Source: the human T2T-CHM13v2.0 reference genome, Homo sapiens. From it: a stretch of 64,000 bases of DNA. The notes beneath the pieces were generated by a model. It did not search any database and was not told where the DNA came from. It saw only the letters and a list, made by a program, of their open reading frames with translations. The position numbers were made by a program, and so were the translations under genes. Of the stretch, positions 24,154-38,570 are shown piece by piece (the first letter of the stretch is position 1; each line of letters opens with the position of its first letter). Location: assembly GCF_009914755.1 (NCBI RefSeq), contig NC_060926.1; one strand, given 5' to 3'.

Positions 24154-26012
24154 AAAAACTATTTTTAAAACTATTTAAAAATTCATAAGGAACCAAAAAG
24201 TGTCTGAATAGCCAAGTAAATCCTAAGCAAAAAGGACAAAGCTGGAGGCATCACATTTTCTGACTTCAAACTACACTACAAGGCTCCAGTAACCAAAACA
24301 GCACGGTACTGGTACAAAAACAGGCATATAGACCAATGAAACAGAATAGAGAGTCCAGAAATAAGGTCAAACACCTACAACCATCTGATCTTTGACAAAG
24401 CTGACAAAAACAAGGATTGGGGAAAAGACTCCCTATTCAATAAATGCTGCTGGAATAATTGGCTAGCCATATACAGAAGAATGAATTTGGACCCTTTCTT
24501 TACACCATGTACAAAAATTAACTCAAGATGAATTAAAGACTTAAATGTAAAACCTGAAACTATAAGGCTGGGTGCTGTGGCTCACGCCTGTAATCCCAGC
24601 TCTTTGGGAGGCCGAGGCAGGTGGATCACAAGGTCAGGAGATGGAGACCATCCTGGCTTACACGGTGAAACCCTGTCTCTACTAAAAATACAAAAATTAG
24701 CTGAGCGTGGCTGCGTGCGCCAGTAGTCCCAGGTACTCGGGAGGCTGAGGCAGGAGAATCGCGTGAACCCAGGAGGCGGAGCTTGCAGTGAGAGGAGATC
24801 ACTGCCACTGCACTCCAGCCTGGGCGACAGAGTGACACTCCGTCTCAAAAAACAAGCAAACAAACAAAAAAAACCCCTGAAACTATAAAAACCATGAAAG
24901 ACAACCTAGGCAATACCATCCTGGACATAGGAAAAGGCAAAGATTTCATGACAAAAACACCAAAAGCAACCACAAAAAAAGCAAAAATTGACAAGTCGGA
25001 TCTAATTAAGCTTAAGAGCTTCTGCACAGCAGAAGAAACTATCAACAAACAGAAAATCTACAGAATAGGAGAAAATATTTACAAACTGTGTAATATTATC
25101 TGACAAAGGTCTAATGTCCAGCATCTATAAAGAACTTAAATAAATTTACAAGAGGAAAACAGCCTCATTAAAAAGTGGGCAAAGAACATGAAGAGACAGT
25201 TTTCAAAAGAATACATTCATGTGGCCAACAAGCATATGAAAAAAACTCAACATCACTGATCACTAGAGAAATGCAAATCAAAACCACAATGAGATACTAT
25301 CTCACACCAGTCAGAATGGCCATTATTAAAAAGTCAAAAAATAACAGATGCTGGTAAGGTTGCTGAGTAAAGGGAACACTTATACACTGTTGGTGGGAGA
25401 CTAAATTAGTTCAACTACTGTGGAAGACACTGTGATAATTCCTCAGAGAGCTAAAAGCAGGGCTACCATTTAACCTAACAATCCCATTACTGGGTATATA
25501 CCCAGAGGAATATAAATCATTCTACCATAAAGACACATGAACACGGATGTTCACTGCAGCACTGTTTACAATAGCAAAGACATGGAATCAACTTAAATGC
25601 CCATCAGTGACAGATTGGATAAAGAAAATGTGGTATATATACACCATGGAATACTATACAGCCATAACAAATAACAAGATTATGTCTTTTGTGGGAACAT
25701 GAATGGAGCTGGAAGCTATTTTCCTTAGAAAACTAATGCAGAAACAGAAAAACAAATACCAAGTGTTCTCACTTATACTAGGAGCTAAATGATGAGAACT
25801 CATGAACACAAAAACGGAAACAACAGGCACTGTGGTCTACTTGAGGGCTGAGGGTGGGAGGAGGAAGAGAAGCAGAAAAGATAACTATTGGGTACCAGGC
25901 TTAATACTCGTTGACGAAATAATGTGTACAACGAACCCCCTTGACACAAGTTTACTTAAGTAAAAAACCTTTACATGTACTCCCAAACGTAAAATAAAAG
26001 CTAAAAAAAAGA
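24154..26012 (+). mobile_element. 5'-truncated L1 (L1PREC2/L1PA13-16-type) with an inserted AluY
   Basis: ORF2 C-terminal peptides ([10 protein letters not shown]..., [20 protein letters not shown]) and 3'UTR; TSD aaaaataaatattagttt at 24136-24153 and 26013-26030. Confidence 0.95.
24566..24873 (+). mobile_element. AluY-like
   Basis: 'gagaccatcctggcttacacggtgaaacc', 'gcggagcttgcagtg'; TSD cctgaaactataa. Confidence 0.95.
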
Positions 26013-26300
26013 AAAAATAAATATTAGTTTATCTTCGGATATTTTACATATTATATATTATATTTTTATAATTATGTTGAGTGCTCATAAATATTATCTA
26101 AATATGTATTAGTAATATTTATAGTTTTATTAATCTGATTTATGCACATATTTTTAAAATATATATTAATTATCTACTTTATGCCAGGCTATGTTCTATA
26201 TGGTTGGGAAGCTGTGGTGAACAAGAGAGCCAAAACTTCCTCTTCTTGTGTAGATAACATTTTAGTGGGGAAAACAAAAAACAAATAAAAATCAAATTAT

Positions 26301-26601
<301 letters not shown>

Positions 26602-27204
26602 TTACTTGGCAATATTTGTTTTAGAGAAAAATAAAGCAGGAATTTTAATAAGGGATGCAGAAATAATAGAAAAGGGGATGGATGTGGTCCCACTGAGCTT
26701 TATAGGGACTAGAATGTAGGACTAAAGATAAATCTTAGATGCTCAAGTTTTTATAATGATTGATAGAAATGGGAGAAAAAAAGACATAAAGAAATTAATT
26801 TGGATAGTCTTGATACAGATAATGATGGAAGACTTATGAGTATTGGGAAGTGGTCAGAGAGAGTAGGGTCTTACTAGGATGACACAGATTTCCAAAGCCC
26901 TGTTTTCATTCTTAGCAAGATGACTGAGAGGCTAGGAATAGGTTGGTTTATCAGGCACATGCAGATTTCTAGGGTTTTATTTGAATCATATTTCTAAAAG
27001 TAGGTCTTGTCTAGGTCTCGTCTGATCCTCACTTAAACATATGATTCAGAAATTATTATCCTTAATTCATAATGAACAAACAAAAAGCCAGAGAGTAATT
27101 ATTTTTAGTTGGCAACACAGGTTTGCTAACACCAAGGCAAGCAACAGACCACACTGTCTACTGTGACATAAAATAAATAACATTTACACTGATATAAAAT
27201 TTAG

Positions 27205-28203
27205 ATTTCTCTGATGACCAGCGATGATGAGCATTTTTTCATGTGTCTGTTGGCTGCATACATGTCTTCTTTTGAAAAGTGTCTGTTCATGTCCTTTGCC
27301 CACTTTCTGATTGGGTTGTTTGATTTTTTCTTGTAAATTTGTTTAAGTTCTTTGTAGATTCTGGATATTAACCCTTTGTCACATGGGTATGTTACAAAAA
27401 TTGTCTCCCATTCTGTAGGTTGCCTGTTCACTCTGATGGTAGTTTCTTTTGCTATGTAGAAGCTTTTTAGTTTAATTAAATGTGCAAATCAAAACCACAA
27501 TGAGATACCATCTCACACCAGTTAGAATGGTGATCATTAAAAAGTCTGGAAACAGGTGCTGGAGAGAATGTGGAGAAATAGGAACGCTTTTACACTGTTG
27601 GTGGGACTGTAAACTAGTTCAACCATTGTGGAAGACAGTGTGACGATTCCTCAAGGATCTAGAACTAGAAATACCATTTGACCCAGCCATCCCATTACTG
27701 AGTATATACCCAAAGGATTATAAATCATGCTGCTATAAAGACACATGCACACGTATGTTTATTGCGGCACTATTCACAATAGCAAAGACTTGGAACCAAC
27801 CCAAATGTCCATCAATGGTAGACTGGATTAAGAAAATGTTGGCACATATACACCATGGAATACTATGCAGCCATAAAAAAGGATGAGTTCATGTCCTTTG
27901 TAGGGACATCGATGAAGCTGGAAACCATTCTGAGCAAACTATTGTGAGGACAGAAAACCAAACACTGTATGTTCTCATAGGTGGGAACTGAACAATGAGA
28001 ACACTTGGACACAGGGTGGGGAACATCACACACTGGGGCCTGTCATGGGGTAGGGGGATGGGGGAGGGATAGCATTAGGAGAAATACCTAATGTAAATGA
28101 CGAGTTAATGGGTGCAGCAAACCAACACGGCACATGTATACATATGTAACAAACCTGCACGTTGTGTACATGTACCCTAGAACTTAAAGTATAATAAAAA
28201 AAA
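27205..28203 (+). mobile_element. L1PA5-type 5'-truncated element with 5' inversion (27205-27481 minus, 27483-28203 plus)
   Basis: Minus [11 protein letters not shown]...SSSLVIRE continues as plus-strand 'tgcaaatcaaaaccacaatgagatacc'; L1PA 3'UTR; TSD approximately aaaat(t)tagatt. Confidence 0.95.
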
Positions 28204-29418
28204 TTAGATTATCACCCCAAACATATCATTAATTCACACCAGTAAAACAGAGTCAATGTAAGAAACAGAAGCATCCTTTCTGCTGCCATAGTCCATGAAC
28301 CAAAAGCTTTCTGGGTCTGCCCTCAAGGTTTTACAAGTCCATTTGTTAGAATACTATAATGATTCACGATTCCCACTCTTAGAGATCTTCCCCGGTTTGT
28401 GAGATCTAAACCAAAATCAATTTTACTGGGCAGGAATGTTAGGCAGAGGAGAAATGATAAAGTAAAGCAGAAATCCCTTGTCAGGAGAAAAGTTTGAGTT
28501 ATCTGGAGTGTCCAAAATGGCTTACTCATATACATTCACATCTTCACACTATAAATAAGTTATGCTTCTTTCCAGTGCTTTAGCTTCAAGGCAGTCAGGC
28601 CTAGTGAGATGTTAAACTGAAATGGCAGGGAGGCTAACTTAGTGTCACAAAGGAAGCAGTTCGCCTCACTATTTCTAAGTAAGGGCACTCATCCTTGAGA
28701 CCACTAGCTTCTCTGCATGAAGTAGAAGTTTCTGCTTCCTTGTACTTCTGTTCACATATCAAACATCTAAAATAGCCTCAAGTAATGAAAGCCTGGAAAG
28801 TTTTTGAAAGTGAACACATACTAGCTGGCAAATCTTGGCTTTTCATATTCTCCAGGTAAAGTGTTCAGCTTCTGCCCTCTTTAACATTGCATTGTAATGG
28901 TCATTTTCAACATTATCTTGTGTAATGGCTCTGATCCCTCAGGAATGATGGATGCGTGCCTTTCCTGTAAATGGTTTAACATCACTAATGTAAAAGGGAA
29001 TGAGGACTGTCAGTACCGGACATTGCTGAAAAGCAACTGATTATCTGGCTTTTCAGCTCCCAGTTCTATGGAAATCACCCTCAGTCAGAGAGCCATGTGG
29101 TTATTATCTGCTTCTGAGACTTTTAATATTATTCTGTGATGGCTTTGTAAGTTTCAGGTTAAATTTAAATAACATTTCAACTCCCCTAATTATTCCCAAA
29201 GCCTGCATTTATTATCTAATTCATCAATAATCATTTGTAGCCCAACTTTTATTTCAATGAAAACTACCTGGGGACCCATGGAGGAAAAAAAAATGTGGTC
29301 TATGTAATTGTATCTTATTAGGTGTATGGTTGTATAGCTGAAACCAGAAAAACATTAACAAAATAAAAATAGACCCAAGAACTTCTTCCTTTGACTTCTG
29401 CTGAGTCTTCAGAGCAAG

Positions 29419-29420
<2 letters not shown>

Positions 29421-29464
<44 letters not shown>

Positions 29465-29545
29465 ATCTATCACCTATTTATTTATATCTATCTATCTATC
29501 TGGCTATGTATCTGTGTGACTATCTATCTATATATCTTTATCTCT
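29421..29545. repeat. (TATC)n / GATA tetranucleotide STR with degenerate tail
   Basis: 11 perfect TATC units at 29421-29464. Confidence 0.95.
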
Positions 29546-30233
29546 CTATCTCCCTGTCATTTATTATCTATTTACATAAGTATTTGTCAACATTATGGAA
29601 TTGATAAAGAAAAAACTAAAATTAATAATGAAATACTAAATACCAGATATTTTGCCTACAATAATATATTCTGTGTTTACTCAGTAATCCTTTGTAATGG
29701 GAATTACCCCAATTCATAGACGCTCATTGGAGAAAGTTGCCTAAAATTAGTTGTCTGACAAACACCAGAACTGTTATTTAAATTTAGGAATTTTTAATTC
29801 AAATGTTTGCATCCTTTCTGTCATATCATTCTGCTTCAAGGCCAGGAATTTGATGGAATCCTAAACTTAGGCAGGGACATGGTTTTATTTTTCACTTGAC
29901 AGCTTCTCCAAGCAGAGGTTATCACACCTTGCTATAAGACTTTTGGAGGACAAATGGGTCAGAAATGAATGAGACAGAAGAATTCTGGCTGTAGTCATGA
30001 TGGCATCTGAACCAAGTATACTCTTATTGGTACTCATGCCTTTCCCCTTGTTGTTGAGGCCACTTGTTTTCCATGATCTCACAGAGTATATGGCAGTCTA
30101 TATTGTTGTGTTCTTTGTTCCACACTCCCACCTCTACGTATGGTATAATGGTTATTAGCATTAATTGATTTTACTTCAGTTATTTCAGTGATAGATTTCA
30201 CTGTGGTGATTTACATGCTGATGGGATCATATA

Positions 30234-30587
30234 CAGTTTGAGTATCCCTCTTCTAAAATGCTTGGGGCCAGTGCTGTTTCAATTTTTTTTTTTCGAACAT
30301 TTCCGTATACGTAATGAGAAATATTGAGAATAGGATCTAAATCTAAAGAAAAAAATTCATTTATGTTGTTCATATACACTTTATACACATAACCTGAAGG
30401 TAATCTTATACAATATTTTAAATGATTTTGTGCATGAAACAAAATTTTGACCCTGTTTTGACTGTGCCCGATGACAAAATTCACAGGTGTGAAATTTTCC
30501 ACTTGTGGAATTATGTTGGCATTCAAAAAACTGGGGATTTTGGAGAATTTCAGATTTCAAATTTTCAGATTAGGGATGTTCAGCCTT
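30234..30587 (-). mobile_element. Tigger4b (MER46B/Zombi) MITE
   Basis: TA...TA flanks; TIRs cagtttgagtatccct / agggatgttcagcctt; 'ttttgtgcatgaaacaaaattttgac'. Confidence 0.85.
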
Positions 30588-31199
30588 TACCTAAAATTAA
30601 AAAGGTGACTTCAGATCTTGAACTTTCAATTCTTCTCATTCAACCTCCAGCATCACAATCAATTGTACTTTTTCTTTTCAGAGTTAAGAATTTGAAAACA
30701 AATTTTCCATAAAATAAAACTTAATCAAATGAACAAATCATGCTTCCTAATTTTAATTATTACCAATAAAATGATGTTGAAATTAAAGTTTGAGAGATTT
30801 TCTTTTCCTTTAAGATTGGAGCTATTAAGAGAAGATAACACTTTCTAGGCATGCCTTCATTACATTAAAGATTGATTAATATCTCTACAAATTAAACCAG
30901 ATGTCATAAGACTCATAAAATGAAAGGGACATTAGAGATTGTCATTATTCACTTAAAAAGAATGAGATCCCGGCCACTTTTGTGATTAACCCAGCATTTT
31001 GTAGACAGTGCTGCAAGAGGTAACTTCCAGCCCACAATGTCTGAATTCCCACCAACATTTCTCAAAACACGTATTTGCTTCACTTCCCCCCACCCCATTT
31101 TCTTGACTTACCCATATTTTAAAAAAGCAAATTTTTATTTTGTTTTTATTTCCTACCATCATAGATCTAAAAATAGACTGAGGTGACAAGGTGCCTTAC

Positions 31200-31375
31200 A
31201 GCTGGTTTGCCCAACTGAGATACGTGCCTTGATTTTCAATGCATGGTGAAAACATCCTGCAGTCAGACACCTGCAGGCAATCAACCATACTCCTCTGCTG
31301 CACCTCAAGGCCACAGCTCCTGGCAAGCACATCACAGCAGCAGTCATCTATTGTACTGAGCAGTAAGAAGAGCAC
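31200..31375 (-). other. Candidate non-coding exon
   Basis: Acceptor ctgtcactcttcctgctcag|GTG; donor GCT|gtaagg, alternative donor TGG|gtaagt at 31112; GC-richer non-repeat island. Confidence 0.25.
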
Positions 31376-32049
31376 CTGAGCAGGAAGAGTGACAGACTCA
31401 GGAAGGGCTAGCCTCACCTTGGTTCTCAACAATACCCTGTCAGAAGTAAGGTGTTGTTTTAATGAGAATCAACAATTTCTTGATCACTTATCCTCCCAGT
31501 TTTTGCCAGCTGACTCAGATGGCCACTACCTTGCTGGGAAAAGACAGTTAAACTCCAAATCCTATAATCTAGCTTTGACACAAAAGCCTGGTTTATCTAG
31601 TATTGAAGCATCATGTAATGTAACCTTTGTATTAGAGAAAGCTTTTGAAAATGAATCCACCTTGTAAATCTATTAGGTTATTTTCTACGAGTTTATTTAT
31701 TGCCTTAGGTAAAAAAAACCAGATACATTTCTAAGATTTTAGGTAGATATACCAAGCACACTGAATCTGAAACACAATGGCATTTTTTTCTCCTATGGTC
31801 CCAAATTTTGCCTGGCTATTTTTATCATACAATAATCATATACCAAGTTTTAAAGGGCAGTAAAATTTAAAAAAAAAAAACAGTATTTTCTTATGATCTG
31901 AGCTAGTATTATCTACAATTTTTCCTTTTTTAAAATTAAGATATTGTTTAAAAAGGAATAGGTGATCAAAACAGCAAATAAACATAAAAATTCACAAAAG
32001 GAAGAAATCAACCAAATAACTCACACATAATGTCTTTGAAAATATTTGT

Positions 32050-33260
32050 ATGTATTTGTGTGTGTACATTTCTTTTATGAAGATGGAAGTATCGTGTACA
32101 AAACCTAGTTTTCCCATTTAAGAATTTATAGTGAGTATTTTTTCACATCTAAAACCATAATTTTATAGCATTTTAGAAGGCTTCAAAGTATGCCATTAAA
32201 ATGCAATAATTCATTTTGGTAATTCTCTGTTATTGGATATTTAGTTTATTTCTGAGTTTCCACTATTTTAAAGTTTATTGAATATAACATTTATCCTTGC
32301 ACAGCACAGAATAAATTGCCATGAATGAGTAGCAACTCAAAGGATATACTCACTTTACTTTCAACAATTTTATACCATCTTATACTCCTGTTACTCAAGG
32401 GCTCTTGTTTATTTGTTCACTTAAAAAAGAAAGTTTAGATGTCAACTTCATGCCAGGCACTATCCTGGGTACTGGGGCAACGGGTAAGGAAAATAGACCT
32501 AGTTGTAGCGTGTAGATGGAAACAGTCTAATTTAAGAGATAGGTGATTAATCAAATAATTATACTCTATTATGTTCTATGAAAACAGTGTAGGACAATAT
32601 AAGATCATTTAGCAGAGAGACCTTACCTAGTTAAGGGATAAGAACGTTTTCCTGAAGAACTGATGATCAAGCCAACATCTGAGGTGAATAGAAGTTAGTA
32701 TGAGAAAGGGCTACAGAGGAAGAATTCTACAAGAGGGGGCAGTCACACTTTTGCTAAGGCCTAAGATGTTTTATGTCAGGAAATATGACGACACCATTAA
32801 CTAAAAAGTTAACATCATCCCACCACTCAAAGAATTGGAGGATTGTGAAAAAAATGAGTCAGTTATGAAAAAGAAAGAAACTGTATTTTCTATTATGTTC
32901 ACATTTTTAACCCTACTACAATGTACATGATTTTTTCTTTTTTCTACTCCCTTGATTAATTGTATAATTTAGTCATTGTCATTTATAAGTTATCTGAGAA
33001 TATTCTATGCCCATTATGTTATCAATATGGATTTTTAAAATAATTTTCATATTCAAATGAGTAATTGATATAAGTATGTTGACCTTTTGTCAGCCCTTAT
33101 AAGTATTTTTCCTCTAGATTACAAACCAAAAGTACTATTTTGACATAAAGAAGTTTTATTTCATGTAGACAAATCTATTAGACATTTTCTTTTTGCTTTA
33201 TGACTTCAGTGTCATACTTAGAAAGGCCTTTTTCCTAATAAGATTACACAAACAATCCTA
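32050..33260 (-). mobile_element. Old L1M fragments with an intervening L2 (~32410-32760)
   Basis: 'ctgttattggatatttagtttatttc', 'atgccaggcactatcctgggtactgggg', 'gtgtcatacttagaaaggcctt'. Confidence 0.6.
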
Positions 33261-33879
33261 GCCTTTCTGAATTTATTGCTAGAGGGACGTTGAACTGCTC
33301 AGCGGAATTTACGCTTTTCAGAAGGAGAGTGAATCTTAGGTCATATATACTTAGGCTTTATTAGCCTTATGGTCTCATATTATAGATTATAATCTGTTTT
33401 ATTGAATGAATTATAACCACACATGTTGAAAATGGCCTTAAAACCCCCACCATGTAAGTGTATAGAAATAGCCTAGGGTTGGTGTTCACATACTGGCATA
33501 TATACTTCCATGTATAATCTACAAAAAGGGCTACACAGCCTCTTGAAGAGTAATGGGATGAGGTGTTTCTAGGCAACATACTGCTGTAAGAGATAGCATA
33601 CTGTTTTAGAATAGCAAATAAATCCCTATGGATAGAGAAGAGGGGCAGGGTATGCCAAGAGGTAGTAGAACCTGACTTTGTATGACAGTTAGGTAATTTG
33701 GACTCTAAATTTAGACTATGGAGAATGGTTGAACATTTTTAGCTGCCAAATCACATGATCAGAAGGACCAAGACGAAAATATTTTCAAAAGTAAAAAGAA
33801 CATACACATATAAGTTATTAACGTCTTAGGCACAAAATTTAGAGATGTTGATGAGCATCCATCAAAATAGCCTGACCCA

Positions 33880-35230
33880 AAAAGAATTTTAAAAATCCAC
33901 AATGTAAGTAGCAACGTTTTAATAGTTATATTTAAACACAATCTGGCTTCTAAAATTGTTATGCAAATTCTACTGTACTCATGAAAAAAATAAATGAGAA
34001 AGAACATTCAAGAGAACTCTGAAAAATAAGTTATAATAATTAAAAGTTATAATTACAAATGCATTAATACATATAGAGACCAAAGGAAAAGAAGAGAAAG
34101 GCTGGGAATAACCCAAATGCATATGGATATTTTCTAGGTAATAAAGGCAATTACCTCAAATTAGTAGAGTTAAGACGGACTTGTGAATAAATGATTTTGA
34201 GTCAACTGGGTTAGAGAATTTAGATCCATATCTCATGACATATAATCTCCAAATTAACAAAATATATGTGTAAAAAAAAACTTCACAACTGCTCAAAGAA
34301 AATATAGGTAAATAAATTTATCAACTGTAATAAGGAAGAACTTTCTAATTATGACTAAGAACCTAAAAATCATCAAATTATAAAAAGATGAAAGCAACCA
34401 TAATTACATTAAAACTTAAGGCAAAGACTATCATTGCAAAGTCAAAATAAGAATAAAAATCTTTCAAAATGCTTTGTGTCATAGAAAAAATATTAATATT
34501 CCTATATAGATAGATTTCCAAGAAATCAATAAGAAAAAGACCAATAGTTCTTAAGCAGATAAAAAGAGGTTTTAATGCACTTAAATTAAGAGAAATACAA
34601 AAATCTAAAAGATTGACCTCAGAGCCTTTTCACAGGACAATGGGGAAAATAAATTTTCATAAATTTTTGGCAAGAGTATGAAGATGAACAGCTTCTGTAA
34701 AGGAAAACTTAGTAACACCTCTCGAAATTACAAATACATCATTTATTGATTCTGCAATTCCACTCTTGGTTAACTATTCTATAGATATTCATGAACACAT
34801 GCAAAATAAGAATATAACGGTAGCCACTGCAGCATTTTTGTCTCTGCAGCATATTTACATAATCTAGAGTTTAAAATCAAACTAAAATTTAGGGTACAAC
34901 TACACACCAAAATATAATGCAGCACTTTAGAAAACAAATTATCTCTGTCCTAATAGTAAATGATCTCTAGAATGTATTCTTAAACTAAATAAAAACATTT
35001 CAGGAGAGTATGTAATACAGGTGGGAGAAAATACATATTTGTATTTCTTATAATTTGCATAAAGAAACAATGAGAGAACATATAAGAAACGAACTAAATA
35101 GGTTTATATAGGGAATGGGTACAATTGAACAAGACAAAGATTAGAACCAAGAGTTCTGGTTGTATACCTTTTTATACTGCTTTCATTTTTTACATGAATT
35201 ATTCAAAATATAAAATTAAAATAAAATGAC
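33880..35230 (+). mobile_element. Old L1ME-type fragment
   Basis: 'ttagatccatatctcatgacata', 'tgattctgcaattccactcttgg', decayed 3'UTR. Confidence 0.65.
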
Positions 35231-35536
35231 AAATAGAAATTCTATTGTACATACATATATAATTTTACAGAATACATAAACCACCAAAGTAAATAAACAG
35301 GACACAAAACAGAAAGAAGTTTTATAATTTACAAAAACAGAAAGAAGTTCTATAATTTATTTTTTATACTTACCTAAGTAAATGTTTCATAATGGAAGAA
35401 CTATAGACATTAACTATCATCATAAAATAATGTAAACAGATGCCCTCTCTATTATCTTAGTCACTAGTTTTTTGGGGTACAGTTGGATGATGAAGCATAA
35501 TATATATATTAACAATAATTTAAAAAGGCACTTCTT

Positions 35537-35834
<298 letters not shown>

Positions 35835-36005
35835 CTAAAAATTGAAAATACCTGTTCATCCTCTGCATATCACTAATTTGAGGTTCTAGGAAGTTTAATT
35901 CATTTGTATAATATTAGTATAGTAGCAATGGAAGGTGTCATTTGCTGCATAGTTTATTAAAAACACTATTGTTCCTCTGCTGTTTATTTTGGTTTCCTTT
36001 CATAC

Positions 36006-36125
36006 ACTTGATGAGCGTAGTAAAGTTCCATATAGAAAACCAACCAAGGCTAAAAGCAATACCATCATCAGTCAATTGCTACTTCTCAGGCTCAGTGTGC
36101 GGTTCCGTAGCATTCGAAGCTGTAC
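36006..36125 (-). other. Candidate 120-nt exon between inverted Alus
   Basis: Acceptor ccccattttccacag|GTAC, donor AGT|gtatga; 4 CpGs in 120 nt of an otherwise CpG-poor region; stop codons in all frames. Confidence 0.3.
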
Positions 36126-36654
36126 CTGTGGAAAATGGGGCTTTAACCTTGGAGGATAGAGCAATTGAATACTAAAATAGATTTGACTACTTTAGAAAAA
36201 GTTTCGAAAGCCTTCAAGATTCTTCTGGTAACAAAATTATTTACTCCTACAAAGCTTCAACTCTGAACTGAATGAAAATGACAGACTTGGACAGAAACCA
36301 TCAGGAAAAGGTACAGTGAAAGTATGTCCACATATAGATCGCAGACAACCACAAAGAAACAGACAATGAAACAACCATGCCTGTGACCATTATTCAGGTA
36401 GGGGTGATGGGTATTTAAGAGAGAGAAACAAATTCTGCCTAATATTACCTCTGGTTTTTTATGGAGAAAGTATTTAACGCCAAAACAAGAAAATAGAAAA
36501 CATTAAATTATTTAAATTAGCAAGAGATGACAAAGGAACAAAGTAAGAGGTGGGAACAGTAATTATTTAGTATGTATTAAAATGATACATTGAGCTTTCC
36601 AGCACAAATAGAGCTGATTGTTTGTAGGAGAGGATCGAGGTTTCAATCAAATAG

Positions 36655-36971
<317 letters not shown>

Positions 36972-37719
36972 TAAACAAGTCTTTTTTAATGGGTGGGGTA
37001 GTGATACTACAGACCTTGGCAAAGAAAACCAGTAATTTAAAGCTTGATTTACCAGCAAGTAATGGAGGCTGAAGAATTCTATAAAATAGCTGCAAGTTGC
37101 CATCTTACACAGTGGTAGGGGTTCTGATCAGCAGTTAGACTTGTCAGTTTCAGTTCATTGGACCTATATTTTGTTGTTATTGTTTGGTTGTTTCCTTGCT
37201 TGGTTGCCAGTAAAGGATCAAGGAACAACATTTCTTGGAAAAACGTTAATAAATTAGTAGTTTATAATAATTACTTTTAGCATTTTTTAAATGTTTTTAA
37301 GTGTTATTAGGCAGCTGAAGGAAGATTTTGGCATACAGTCATCATGTTAGAATTTAAAATTAAATCAATGACACTAAGGTGACAGATGGAACTTCGATTG
37401 TTCACAGTGAAGGACGTCTGTGGGTTCTCAGTGCACTGAATTTTAAATTTAGTGATTAAAAAAAACTATGAATTGAAAAGTTGTCTTGGAAATTACTCAT
37501 TTCTTTTTTTAAAGATGAATGATTACAAAACTACATGGCTTGAGTAGATTTTAAAATTCAAGGCAGTCCTAATTCATACTGGATATAAATATAAAAAGTT
37601 GAATTCTCTTTAGAATCTTAATATAAATAACAATGTACCCCACCACAGCCATCATTCTGTCTGCCATTGTGCCCCGATATTTTTAGTTCACACTGTGTGT
37701 TAAAATTAGCCCTTGTAGG

Positions 37720-37885
37720 TTTATGTGTGTGCTTACATGTTCATTGTTTCTCTTTCCCTGTAGACTAAAAGCTGCATGATGGTAAGGATCACCTATTTTT
37801 TTATTTTATTTTTTTTCTACTATTGAAGATCTAGCATAGAGTAAGTGCTCAGTAAATGTCTGTTGAACTAACAAGTTGAATAATC
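37720..37885 (+). mobile_element. L2 3' end
   Basis: 'tagactaaaagctgcatgatggtaaggatc...gtgctcagtaaatgtctgttgaac'. Confidence 0.7.
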
Positions 37886-38339
37886 AAGGAATCTAGCAAT
37901 CAAAATAGAACGTTTTTATCTTCTGTTTGGGACCAAGGTATGAGATCACATAGTTGATGATTTGCAGGCAAGCTTGCACCCAGAATTTGGTCATTAAAAT
38001 TTTTATTTTTGTCTCACTTGACAGTCTACAAACATTCTCTCATTTGTGGATTCTTCACGGTAGTATATGTATTTCCCTGGCACAAGGAAGAGCACATGGT
38101 ATACCACACCTAACAAGTTCTTTAAAGATCTTCGATATCTTTTCTAGACTCTAGACTCTTAGTTTACTATAGAACAGTTAACCGTCATCTAAAATACATG
38201 GTGAGTCTTCCAAAAAAGATTATCCTGCCAGGCCCATTGTTTTATTTTCTTTTTAAGGCTGAAATTATCACTTGACCAAGAGATGACACTAGTATGTATT
38301 TTCATACCTGAGGGAAGGTACTTTCTTTTTATATCACAT

Positions 38340-38570
38340 TTTATTTTTTATATACTACTATTTTAAAGCTCTTTACAGGCATCTTTCTAAAAACTATAAT
38401 TGTTGGCTAGGCATTACCATCAACATTCCAAAATAAGTAAATGAAGGCTCCGAGAAGTTAAATAATTTGCTTGAAGTTTCTCAGCTGGTAACTGATGGAG
38501 CTGAGATTCAAAACCAGGTCATCAAACGGTGAACAAAGCTTATGCTCTTAGCCACTATCTTAACAATTAT
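38340..38570 (-). mobile_element. MIR
   Basis: 'gaaggctccgagaagttaaataatttgcttgaagtttctcagctggtaactgatggagctgagattcaaaaccagg'. Confidence 0.8.
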
